A stretch of 62,614 nucleotides of DNA, filler included, from Choristocarpus tenellus KU-1152 (taxonomy: Eukaryota; Protista; Phaeophyceae): assembly GCA_964200185.2 (NCBI GenBank). It is 11 parts of 11 records of this genome, joined end to end, with 100 filler letters (N's around TTAATTAATTAA, not from the genome) between each part and the next. Parts side by side here need not be neighbours in the genome. Positions count along the whole stretch, not along the records: positions 23,371 to 30,882 come from CAXNAD020006041.1; positions 30,983 to 33,808 come from CAXNAD020024410.1; positions 33,909 to 41,736 come from CAXNAD020005526.1; 8 more parts are not named here. One strand, 5' to 3'. Both the position numbers and the translations under genes were made by a program. This document shows, piece after piece, positions 24,707 to 36,900 of the stretch (positions within the stretch are counted from its first letter, which is position 1; every line of letters starts with the position of its first letter). The notes under the pieces are model-generated. The model was given only the letters and a program-made list of their open reading frames with translations, had not been told where the DNA came from and searched no databases.

Positions 24707-25456
24707 GAGCCAAATCAATTAAGAGTTAGGCAGGTTTGGACCCTTCTGTATTCTAAGCAAATGTTAGCCTATGGTGCCCTAGAGGGTGGGGTGGGTTTAG
24801 ACCAGGCCGTCCATTCGGGGCTTGATGAGGTGCTGTAAAACACTCCAATTTGATACCCGTTTTGAGGGTGAATTTCCTTGGGATTTATTTGGTCCAGGCA
24901 GGGGGATGGAAAGGAACATGCATCCAGAAAAGTAAAATTGCCCTGGCGTCTGACATGTTCACTCAGTTGGCAAGAAAATCTCTACAGGGTCACAAAGGCC
25001 CCAAATGGACATCTGATCCCCCCAATAGGATGCCATGGGTCATTCCTAACCTGAGCAATACACTCCATTTTTTTGCTTTTTGTGCACGTTCATAGTGTAC
25101 GCAAAATTACATTCCCCTTTCCATACTCAAGTTGAAACCAAAATCAAGAGCCAAACCAATTGAGAGGTAGGCAGGGTTGCAATTTAAGGATCCCGAGGAA
25201 GGGAAAAAGACACAATTTTGTACAATTAATTGTGCGTGCAAAAGGGGAATATCAATTTTGTTTGTACTATTATTGTGCATGTAAAGTAACGAAATAGGGT
25301 GCATTGCACAGGGTAAGGACGATGGCTTAGAAGAGTGCAAAAGGGTTCTAAGCAAAGAAGGCTCTTTCTGCGATTATTGTGGAAAAATGCGTCTTATTGG
25401 CCCTTGTCACGATCCTTAAAATGTATCCCCTACCTACCTCTCAATTGGTTTGCCTC
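24707..25456. mobile_element. Rearranged or nested MITE family C copies
   Basis: Family-C ends at 24707, 25148 and 25456. The direct repeat TTCTAAGCAAA occurs at 24751-24761 and 25346-25356. Confidence 0.7.
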
Positions 25457-25743
25457 AATGGTAGAGTGAAACACATCTCGCGAAGTTGAAAGGACATCAA
25501 CCATCCCAGGTATTCGGGGAAGAAAAGGAATGGGAATCTTTAGTAAACACAACTTCACGATACTGCCACACTCAGGAACTTATTAAGACGAAGAATGTCT
25601 TAGATATATGTGAGGTAATATCATCCAATTTTTTATTTGAATTCTGCACAAGAAAATACTTCCCTTCTCATGTTCCTTCGAAGGCGGTTTCAACAATACA
25701 ACAAGCATTTACATCATTAGTAAGGAGGTATCCGATTGGTAAC

Positions 25744-26803
25744 ATGCCCACGCTTTGTCAAGGTTCGTTCTTTGCGCTACTACTAGCCGGCCTACAAAGC
25801 GCTACGAGCTTCAGATCGACGCTGCCTTCGCACCGGCTACTGGAGCTTCGTTCACCATGTCGGGGTGCAGAAATCACATTTCCTGGGAAGCTGACGAGGT
25901 GGGCAGGAAATTTGGATGATGCAGAGGCATTTGAAGAACGAGGTGATGAAGAAATGTTAGCCTCCCTTCGAAAGCGCCTGGAGGAACTGGAGAGTAAATC
26001 ACCGTTGCCTTTGTCTTCGGAGGAAAATGAGCAGCAATCGGAACTGCAAACCAAGTGAGCTCAGATTCTTGGACTGACGACCTGTGCCCAGCCCTCATTT
26101 GAAACTTGAATGACACTTAAAACTTCCTATCCTACGCAATATTTCTATATTAAGAAATAACTAGGTAAGGCACATGTCAAGTGACTCTCTCTCTCTCTCT
26201 CTCTCATCCTTCTTCTCTGCTGTGCCCAAAATTGTATTTGTTTTTGTGGGCGGCATGAATGAAGGTTTCGTTGTAAGGTAATTTGAGCCGCTTCTCGAAA
26301 GCTCTATTCCGTTTTGACACCCCAAATTGACCCCTTAGTGTCCGTAGCTATCCATTTTATACTTCAGTAGTGCGTAATGTTCTCCATTGACTCCTCCTCG
26401 CTACTACCTTGATGTACTATACCAATCTTCCCATCTACCTTTAAAATGTCGTCGAGCTAGGGATGAGGAGTACAGGATTTCTTCTCCATCTCCTCGCCTT
26501 GTTGACCCGGATGACCGTGAGAAAAGCATCGCATGGACCACGGTGAAGAGTATTGCGGCGATCTCTGCGAGTCTGAGCGTGGGTACCCTTATCCTCTACT
26601 GGCTGGCTGGTGTTTTCTTTGTGCATGTGGGACCTCGGGCATACCCAGGGCTGGCTAGATCTAAGCAACTGTCGGCAGAACAGGTGGCCCCACGGTCAAC
26701 GATGGCACTAGATGCCGAAGATGGGCTCTCTAGTTTCGGGGCGGGGCGGGACGTGTTTCGTTTCGAAGGGTTTCCAGACGCGGTAAAGCCGCCAGACTTC
26801 TGA
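25744..26803 (+). CDS. Putative plastid-targeted single-pass membrane protein (~217 aa), two exons
   Basis: Exons 25744-26054 and 26461-26803 join in frame. The signal peptide MPTLCQGSFFALLLAGLQSATS-FR is ASAF-like and is followed by an R/S-rich transit peptide, a coiled segment LASLRKRLEEL and a TM helix SIAAISASLSVGTLILYWLAGVFFV. Confidence 0.75.
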
Positions 26804-27568
26804 GTATGAAGGAAATGTTGTCTGCCTATGGCTGGAAAAAATATTTGCGGTCTGCCAGACATGAAGTAAATAGAGGCCCCACACGTGTTGGTAGATGTAT
26901 GGGGTTTTTTCAACAGTGATGGTATACACTTCACTAGATAGAGCATTTGCGAAGGAGTCCTAGTTGTACCTGTATCAAGGAGATAGAAATACCCTGTGTA
27001 GTTGTTTTTGGTCGTGTCTCCCCCGTTGATAACCAAATGCCTGCGCCTTGCTGTGTAAATAAATGCATGTTTCTCCAACCCTCCTTGATCTACGTCTTGA
27101 TTAACTGACTCATTGTTAGCATTGTTGTGCAGGGAAATATTGAGAGGTGTGTGTGCCGCCTGTCCAACATGAAAACAAGTTTGTTTTTTTCAAACCACGT
27201 GTATGGTTCCATTCAAGATTCGTATGATTTGACTGGCACGTAAGGTTTGCAAAATTCTTGGGCTGTATGTGTTACATGTCATTCATCTGAATGGATCTAC
27301 ACACCTTGGTTCAATTCTTTATGAACACCTCCCATGCATGCATAAAGCACAGATTAGTAATACGTAAGAATGAATGATGCTTGAGTCATTCTATCCCAAT
27401 TCTAAAACTGTTTCTACAAACAAAAAACAGGCTGATGCCGCTCAGCTTAATGGTGCAACCTAGGGCACAGTGACACTTTCCTATTGCTCTGAAGTGCATG
27501 CAAACTACACATTACAAGATGCACAATCTACCAACAACAATCTAGCGCAGTCATGCAGAGGAGGGAAG

Positions 27569-30500
27569 TTATCTAACAGAGACATCTCCCACTTCTCTCT
27601 GCCTGGTGATAGGCACATCAAGCTCATCCACTGTGAGGTCACCCTTGGGACCACAATTGAACCCATCACTATCTCCTTGAAAAAGGTTTCGAGGCACAGC
27701 CAGCCCAGCTGCTTTCTTATCTCTAAGCTGCTGATCTGCGGCACCAATTTTTTTATCCAGTCTCTCCTGTCCAGTTTTGCAACCATTGTACTTCACTCCG
27801 ACTTCTCGTGAGCAAAGGCCATTAGTGTGACCCCAATCTTTCCTCTTTTTGAGATCCTCATCCAACAACTCACCACAATCTGTGTAACCAAAGAGGTCCT
27901 CAGGGCTCCGGCGAATCTGCCTCCGTCCATCCGACACTCCCAACTCAGAGGTCCACTCCCCACTATCACAACAACCATGGCCATTATCATGGCCGATGCC
28001 CCCCATTCCTGCAGAGTCATCCCACTGACAGGGGGACATGTCATACAAAACCCGCCGCAACACCTCTGATGTGGGTGTGCGAGGACGTGTTTGGGGAGGG
28101 GTTGGGATACAGCTCGCTTCCTGCATCTCCTGCTTCCCATCCACTCCCAATGCACTGCGCCACATATCTAAAAGACCACCTCCTGTGCAAGTATTTGTGG
28201 GTGGAGCAGCAGCTTGGCCTCCTCTCACTCCTTGGCCTTCTGCCCAGTTGGTGACATCACACCTGCAGGGAGTCACTGCTGACATAGGAGAGCAATCTGT
28301 CGAAGGAGGTCGATTGACCTTGCTCTCAAGTGAGGCCTTCCCACTTGGTGTTCTTATTGTGTGAGCATGGACGATGGAGGATGCCTCCTTGGTTGCTGGT
28401 CTTACAGAAGTATAATCCCTACAAGGTGAGTGTGCTCTTGTAGCAGGGTGGGCTGCCACAGAGCTACCATCAAGATTGGGCTGATTCGCCACACTTTCCA
28501 GGCGTTTTCTCAGGGCTGAAACAAGGGCTTCTTGTCTCACAGCCAGGAGCTTGGCCTTGTGGATATCATCTTTATGCTGGATTAAAACAGTCTGATGATC
28601 ACATTCAAGCAGACGAGGCAAGGAGGTGGTACAAAAAGGTATGGGGGTGTGAGCATGACCAGGAAGGTTACGTCATCCTCTTCTGTGTCCAAGGTCAAAG
28701 GTCCCATTCTGGAGGCTCCTACACTTGCAGTGATTATTCGAGCACATTGATTAAGAACTACACCCACACATAAACAAACATGAACTGCACATGTGCTTTC
28801 AGGATATTTTTGCTCTTTCAGGTCACAACTAACGTCAATTTTTTCACATGTCTACACAGCCCACCTATACGCATCAAGCAACCAAAGATGCAACCCAACA
28901 AATGGTCGACTGTGGAATTGTGAACTGAAAATTAAATCATTTGCAAGGCATGAATGGTAGTTATTTTCCTACCACAAAACGCTTAATATCACCCACACAC
29001 TCTAAATAGTGGACATTAAACTATTACTAGTGAAAAATTGTAATTGCAGTTCATGTATCGAGAAACTCCACCCCAAGTGAGTAGTGCCTCCTTTACTATC
29101 TTGGTTATGTCCTTTACTGTCTCGGGTGCGTCCAATTCTATCTCCGTGCGAGAGGGATCATATCAAACCACTCCAAAGCGCACGTGCTGCAAACACGCTG
29201 AACACATCTCTCTGTGATACCAAATAAAAATAAAAATAAAAATAAAAAACTGCGGCGATGACCACAAACCAAATAAAACTCTTTAAAAAAAATTAAAAAA
29301 GTAATCATACATCATACACTGCAATGTAACGTACAAAGCACTCCTTAGCATACTCCTGAAAAGAAAAGAAAAGAAAAATTCCCACCTCCACTTCCGCTTC
29401 CTTCTCCCTTAGGCTCTTGATGACAATTCGAAGTGTACCTTGTTCGTGCCTTAGTGACTCAACCTCTCCCTCGGCCCGCTGAAGTCTTCCCTCTAGTCTC
29501 AAGGCCGCCTTTGCCTGTGAACTTACCTTCTCCTCTGCTTCCAGCAGCCTCCGGCGGGACTCAGCACATAAGGGACACCCAAAGCACTGCTTCATCTCCG
29601 GTTTGTTTAGATTCCGTTGGCCTTGGCTTCCGTGTTCCCCACCATGATCCACCAGTTGGCATTTGCCCCCATCCATTCTTGCGTTTGCTCTCTGAACCTG
29701 CATAGGATAGGTGGTGTGGCATAGATACAGAACACAAGCTAGATATTGTTGGGAGTGGGGTCGACAGGGGGTTGAAAGACGTGTCTCAGCTCAAGTTGGC
29801 AGGGTCAAAGGCGGCGGGGGGGAAGGGGGGAGATAATATGATCAAGGAATACGTAAGAGGATTTGAATACTGAAATAGCATTTTTTTTTCTGAAAAGAGT
29901 AGATGTTTTGCAGTTGTGAATTCAAGTTGGGTTTTTTTCTATGAGAATTAACATAACCAGGATTAAGGGAACCGGTTCTACGAATTGAAGTAGAGTATAA
30001 AATATAAAAAAAAATATAAAAATATTATAAAATATGGGGGCAAATGCAGAAAAAATAATTAAAATAAATTCAATAAAATAAATTCAATAAAGGTGTTGTT
30101 TCTAGGTGCAACAAGAACAACTTGTTTCTGTCAAGAATCTCCCCTCCGCCCATTTAAAAAAAAAAAACACAAGACAAGACAATAACATACATCCACATCC
30201 CGAATCTTTCTGATCATACCTGATTCTAACAAGATGTGCATAGCCTCTCACTGGTACTAATTACTACTACCGCTGTAGTTTCAACTGTTCCCCTGTGTGG
30301 CAAACTAACTCGGTGAGTGCCTTGTCTTCTGTGCTAAACCCTAACCCTAATAATTTCTTGGTGTGACAGAGCCGCAGCAAGCATCCCTTTATCATTCCAC
30401 GCTTCTTATGTTAGCCTTCCCTCCATACTTTTTTTTTCTTATAAACAATCCAACCCACATGACTTACCTTGGTTGACAACTCGGCGGTGCCCCCATTGGT

Positions 30501-30614
30501 AGTCAGGATTGCCTCCAGCTCTGTAGTTGATTGACACCCCTGCACTGAGGGCTCTTGTCTAAGACCCTCTTGTCGACCAAGTATATCGCCGCTACATTCG
30601 GGGCTTGAACACAT
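27569..30614 (-). CDS. Hypothetical coiled-coil protein, 5'-partial
   Basis: Phase-0 exons ~30614-30468, 29697-29386 (RRRLLEAEEKVSSQAKAALRLEGRLQRAEGEVESLRHE) and 28591-27569 (341 codons incl. stop). Confidence 0.65.
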
Positions 30615-31679
30615 TACAACAATGTTGTCAAAAGGGAAGGTGGTGAACGTATGTAAGGATTGTCTTATCTGAATCGTGCTAATTCACAAAGATCACGGTT
30701 GTTATGCCCTAACCCTGTGCAAAATTTGGATGCATACAATTAGATGTGAGGTATGGGATGATGGTGTTCACATTAACGAAGGCAAAATATACCCCCCCCC
30801 CCCCACCACCACCCGTCCTCCACCCTCAATATTTACTGTGACTTTGAAATTTCTTCAAGCATCCTTCCTGGCGATTTTGTATNNNNNNNNNNNNNNNNNN
30901 NNNNNNNNNNNNNNNNNNNNNNNNNNTTAATTAATTAANNNNNNNNNNNNNNNNNNNNNNNNNNNNNNNNNNNNNNNNNNNNGTTTTGAGGTCGTTGGAT
31001 TTGAGTTGTACATCCTGGAAGGTGAGCATTGAGGGGCGCCTGTAACAACACCGGGTCAGGCCCAGCACAAGACATGAGAGAGGAGATGGGGTGATGAGCT
31101 ACGAGATGACTGAATCCAACACGCTAGAACTAAGGAGTGAACGTTTGCAGTACATTTAGCCACAGTGCAACAGATATACTTATAATGGTTTATTTTTAAT
31201 ACTATGAGAAGTAGTGCAGTGCATAGTGACTCTGAACACAGAGGTTGGATAGTCGTTGGGGTAGGATGATGAAGACAGTAAATTACAATAATAGTATACG
31301 TAGAAATAACACTTCGTCGGTTCGGAATTTAGTGCAACATAACGTTTGTAGCCCCGAAGAAAGAAGAATATTGTCCACATGTTCATATTTATCTATGCAT
31401 TGTGCAGACACTAAAAGGTTTATTACAACAATCTTGAAAAAAAAGGGCAGCCTACACCTATCTATGATTCCGTCCCCAAAGCCCTCCAAAATTCCATTCC
31501 AGCACGGTATTCGCCAAACCAATGGGGCATCTGGGGGAGCTTGCCGGCCTTCTCACCCTCTTCCTTGCTAAGATGGGGAATTTTGAAGAGATTGTAAACC
31601 CCTGTAAAAGTAACAGTTCTCTTAAATGTGAAAGACATCTCTCCCAAATCTATTTACAATTTAACTACCAGTTATACTA

Positions 31680-32560
31680 CACTCCCCTACTATGCCTCCA
31701 ACCTAGCTTAGCCCTATACCACAGGGTGAAGAGCTGGAGAAGTACCCTAAGAACCTTACAGGCCCCTCCTTGCCCATCTCCCTGGTGTCTCCAGCTTAAA
31801 ACGCATGACACGTCACGAGAGAGTCACCTGTGTAGTTACAGACGCTATCTTTCATAAGCGGGATTGGACATAGCCTCCCACCCCTCTCCCCCCTACAGAG
31901 TGCGTAGCCAACTCATCCAGAAAACTTCTGCTTGCTTACCGAGGTGCCCAAAACTTCCCACCGCGAAGGTATTGAGGTTAAAACAACGAGGATTAAAAGA
32001 ACCCTCGTAGTGGTTGCGCTTTCGCGCCTCAGGTGCACCAGGAGCTACACAATTGATGGTGGACGAGCGTGGTAGATGGGAGGCTGCTTGTACTTCTACA
32101 AACGTAACATCTAGGACGAGGCCTTTGTCCCGGTAGGGAGCTGATCCGGAGTCTGCAAGGCCCCAGCATGGGAGACAACACCCATGCGGAAATTCCGGTC
32201 CACTTTGAATGGGCTACCTCCTCCATAGTGTACGGGAAGTCTATTCCTTTGCAGAGTTAACCTAGACGCTTCACCATTGGTATGTGTTGGCAGACCTGCT
32301 CTCCTGCCCTAGGGCACATATACGAGCATGTCTAGTGTCCACATGATGCCTCCTGCACCCAGCCACTCACTGGGCACCTGTTGGATATGGTCTCCTCCCT
32401 CCCAAAGGATCTGCTGGCCGAGAGTCTAAACCCTATGGGAGGGATTTGGCGCGCTGGTTCCAAGGGATTTATGGATGCCCATGCGTTTGCCCCTCGTCCA
32501 CACTGTCTCCAGTGGTGGGCCAAGGCTAGCGAAGAACTTTCCCTTCTTGCTTTGTATCGT
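31680..32560 (-). mobile_element. CRE-like LINE 3' region (Cys/His zinc motif + RLE domain), degenerate
   Basis: The reverse strand is homologous to 48860-49740 (CPRAGEQV..H, EARKRxHYEGSF, FGHLGKQAE, RRVMR) and carries frameshifts. Confidence 0.8.
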
Positions 32561-33204
32561 GTTGTAGCTTGGGACTTGTATCGTACGACTAACGCACCAG
32601 TTTTATGCTTCTGTTGCATTTATTTCTCGGTTTTATTATTGTCCCTATCCGCAACAATACTTACTGAAACAGAGAGTAGGTTATTGTAGAGGTGGTTGTT
32701 TTGTTTTATTTATTTTTTAATGAAGGTGGGTAATATAGTGTGTGTATTGGAAACATCTTGATATCATATACCAAAAATAGAACAAAATAGACATACATAC
32801 TTTTCTGTTTATTTATTGTTCGTTGTATTTTCTGTTTTCTTCTATCAAACTAGTAGTACAATTGTATTTTCCCTCCCCATACATCTTCAAAATATGACAT
32901 AAATATTTTGTTATATTCTTGGCATTTTAAATATCAACAGTAGTTTAGTAGCGCGAAGTCTTTGACAGGGATGAGGTTCTCTAGAGTAAAACCAGGTGGA
33001 ACCATCTGTTTACCAATATATAATCGTAGCTGGGTATTTCATTCATTGGTTGGATGTACGTTAAAATATAGATTTAGAGATCCTGCCACTGAATCCAGAA
33101 AATCCTGGATCTTTGTCGAAGAAGTCGCCCCAAGAAATAACTGTTTTGAATCCACGCATTGTCTTACAGTATTCTTATGTTTAGGACATTATATATACAC
33201 CTAT

Positions 33205-33745
33205 GTATATAGTTTTCATTAGTTTCCCCCTGACACATCTGCAAAATGTCAGAGGACATAATAATATAATTACTACTAAATGTTTTATTGTCACCAACTT
33301 TATGGTGTGGGATTGTATGGCATTGCACTACTGTAATTTAAGTTCACCAACCCAACTAATACATGCAACAACTGGTCCTTCAATATATACTCTTTCGAAT
33401 ATTGATATTTTGTTCCTTCAATATCAACCATTAATATTGAATTGACTCTTTCACTGACATGTCTACAAAATGTTAGAGCGCAAAATTATAAAATATTCTC
33501 CACAACAGGTAATTATATTATTTTATTATCTTGGATATATTACTATATCTCTCACATTTTGTAGATATGTGAGGGAAAAAACTGATGATAAGCCAACTCG
33601 TTATCACAGCAACCTCTGAAAAAGTAACAGTTGTTGTAAATGTGCAAGATATTTTTTCTTTCATCTATTTACAATTATACTCTTCGAAGGTATGGTACAC
33701 CATAGCCCTCCAATCTCCCCAACCTACCTTAGCCCTACAAACCAG
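33205..33745. repeat. Cluster of LINE 3'-tail stem-loop motifs in both orientations
   Basis: Copies at 33205-33272 (+), 33445-33495 (+) and 33535-33585 (-), plus a LINE-tail-like piece near 33700-33745. Confidence 0.65.
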
Positions 33746-33766
33746 ATCATTAGGTAATTTCGTACG

Positions 33767-33808
33767 AACAAAGTATCTGGGGGGGGGGTATCGGCGTCTG
33801 TTTTTCAC
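33767..33808 (+). mobile_element. MITE family B terminus at contig end
   Basis: CAAAGTATCT followed by a G-run. Confidence 0.6.
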
Positions 33809-33908
33809 NNNNNNNNNNNNNNNNNNNNNNNNNNNNNNNNNNNNNNNNNNNNTTAATTAATTAANNNNNNNNNNNNNNNNNNNNNNNNNNNNNNNNNNNN
33901 NNNNNNNN

Positions 33909-36900
33909 GGCTCAAGGACAGCATCAATGATGTGAATGTAGCCATTTACAGCTACGATATCCACCCCCGCCAGACTTGCACCATTACCAAGCTCATCATA
34001 TAGTAAGCCACGCGTCACAGTAATGGTTTTGTTGCTCAGGGTTGTCAAGGTATCCGATTCAGCTACAGCCTGAGAGTCTAGACTTCCAGGCACAATGTGG
34101 TACCTTGTGATCTGTGTAGGGTCAGGGTTGTGGGGAGCATAAATCAAATCAAGGAACAGCATGTAGTGATTTTGGTTTTCAGTCAAAGTATCTTAGAGGG
34201 TAGAGCCTCATGCATTTGGGGGCCAAAATTCAATGTTCCCATTTTCATGTAATTTTGGTTATCGTGTTAGTTACGAAGTGTCAATATCCTTGCTACAGAT
34301 ACAACTTTTTGTAGTTTTATACATGATACCTACTCCAAACCATTTCGGACTAGGAAAATGACAAAAAAAAAAACGTGAGAAACCAAGCCCCAAACAGACA
34401 AATGGGGAAAAACTCGTACCCTCTAAGATACTTTCATTCTATTGGCCTTATCAAATGTATCATTTCTCATGAAACAGAAAGATCTTTTTTTGTTGCACAT
34501 AATATGTATCATGCCAACTCTGTTTATTAATACAACCACTTTCCTGTACTCCCCTAAGGTAAGGACCAGTGCCAAACCTACACACTCACCACTTCTAGGT
34601 TTTCACCTTTCACCATCTCCTCGGCATACACCCCAACACCCTCAAAAGCATAGTATGATGGAGCAAACAACTGCAGACGAACAGCATCATAGGAAGAGGG
34701 TTGTTGGTTTGTAGGGCAATGTAAGATGTATAGTCTCAAGGTGCAATAATAGACACAGGCTGAAGCTGAATCATAAATGTGCACTGAGGCCATGAGATTA
34801 GAGTTCTTTTAAAGCAGTGCCAGAGGGGCTAGGAAGCATTCATTTGACGTTCACAGGCATCTGCGATAGGAGGCAGGAAAATATGGACAAAACACACTTG
34901 AAATCTGGGACAAAAGATCAAAACCAAGGCATTCTTGGTGTATACCACTACTCCAAGAAACGGCTGACACCAGTATATGCCACACAGATATTGAATATTA
35001 TTCAACATTCCAAACAAGAAAATATGAAAATATTTACAACTCACTGTGTACGGTCCATTGAGCCCTTCCAGATCATCTGTAAGGCCGGTAAGGTTCAACG
35101 CTCGAATAAAAGGGTCCAACAGACCATCGTACGATGCACCCTTGGCATTGGCAGAATCCATGGCACCCACTAGATCAGGAGGGAAGAGCACAGCATCCAC
35201 AGCATGAATGAATCCATTCGATGCAGTCATGTTCACTCCTGTGAAAACCGATACATCATTCTGGGTGTCATATAGTCGAGGGTAACTGACCACGACATTT
35301 ATTCCCAACATTGTGAACAGGGCATCTAGTTTCGACAGAGTCTCTGTTGAAGCACCCGAGTCAACTATGTGGTAGAGGAGAAGTTTTTCCACCACAGTCG
35401 GAGGCAAGTCAGACAGGGATGTAGCATCCAGACCTACTTCGAAGAATGCACGGTCTGTTGGGGCCAACAGCTGCAAGGGTCAAGGGAGCAGGATATGAGG
35501 GTTGAAAGAGTTTGTAAGTCTAGATCACATGTAGTCAATTTTCTTGTAAGCTAGAGTGTGATGAGTGTCAAGATCTGCATATGTTATTGCGTGCACGACA
35601 ATTGGCTGAGAAGGAGGAATAAAAAAGGCAAAATATTTTACTAGTACAGCTGTACTGCATTCCTGCTGAATAACAAAACATCTATCGTGTATAGTTGCTT
35701 TTAAAGAGTGAAAGTATCTTAGAGGGTATGAGTTTTTCCCTGTTTGTCCATTTGGGACTTGGCTTCCCAAGGGTTTTTAAAATGACATTTTACCTGGTCC
35801 AAAATCCAAAATGAAAAGTTGTGTCCGGAACAAGGATATTGACATCCCAAACTAACACGATAACCTAAATTACATCAAAATTGCAACATTGGATTTTAGT
35901 CCTCAAATGGACGCGGCTCTACCCTCTAAGTTAGTTTCACTCAAAACCAGGCCTGGCATGGGAGTTTGCATGATATATTATGTTAAAGAATTGCCAAAAA
36001 TAAATCTACAAACAGCTCTCCCCCTAAAGTCTTATACTCGGTTCTTTGTGCTCACCGTCAATGGACCAATCCCCTCCAGGGTCTCTCCTAAACCCGAAAC
36101 TTCCACCGCTGTCAAGAGAGCATCAAACATACCCGTGTTATCACCACTATCACCGTTGGCCGCTGTGAGAGTTGCCACAATATCTACAATAGGGATTGTA
36201 GGTGGGCCAGTCCAAATGACTGCTGTCGGTGCAGGTGTTGGACCGAGTGGGAAAGGAAGAAGAACGCCATCAATGACATGGACATAGCCATTTGATGCCT
36301 GAATGTCCAATGAGATGATCTCAGCTACACCGTCCTGTGTATCTGTGAGGAGGGTCTTGTCGACCAAGATCTCAGGGCCATACACAGTGAAGAGCTCTGT
36401 GATCCCTTCAATCGACTCCAAGGTCAGATCAGCTGCTACAAGGTGATAGAGCAGGATGTTCTCCAGTATGTCTACAGACATGAGAGTCAGGACTGCAGGA
36501 CCCAACCCTGCTGCTGCAAAGGCAGCATCTGTCGGAATAAAGACCTACAGGGAAACGATGGATAGCACCAGGATTAATGAAGCAAGAGCGTGAGGTCAAG
36601 TTTGGAAGTCTTAGCTACTGTGTTTCAAGAGGATTCAACAAATAGTATACTGACATAAACATGTGGGGGTAGTTTCAAATCGAAAACCTTCGCTTGACAT
36701 GGTCGAAATCAACGTAGCATGACAAAAACACTTGCCACAGCCACAGCATATTGTGAAATGGTGCAAATGGCATACCACTGCATCCCTATTTTCCATCATG
36801 TGCTTATCTATTCAAATATCTGGACTCAACCCTCTCTACTACAGACATCTCAACAGACATTTTACATCTGTACCAATGCACTCCAACCCCTAACCATTGT

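Noticed and set aside
25486-25743. Upstream extension of ORF 25486-26058
   Set aside because: It starts at a non-ATG codon next to a MITE. The ATG at 25744 gives a clean signal peptide.
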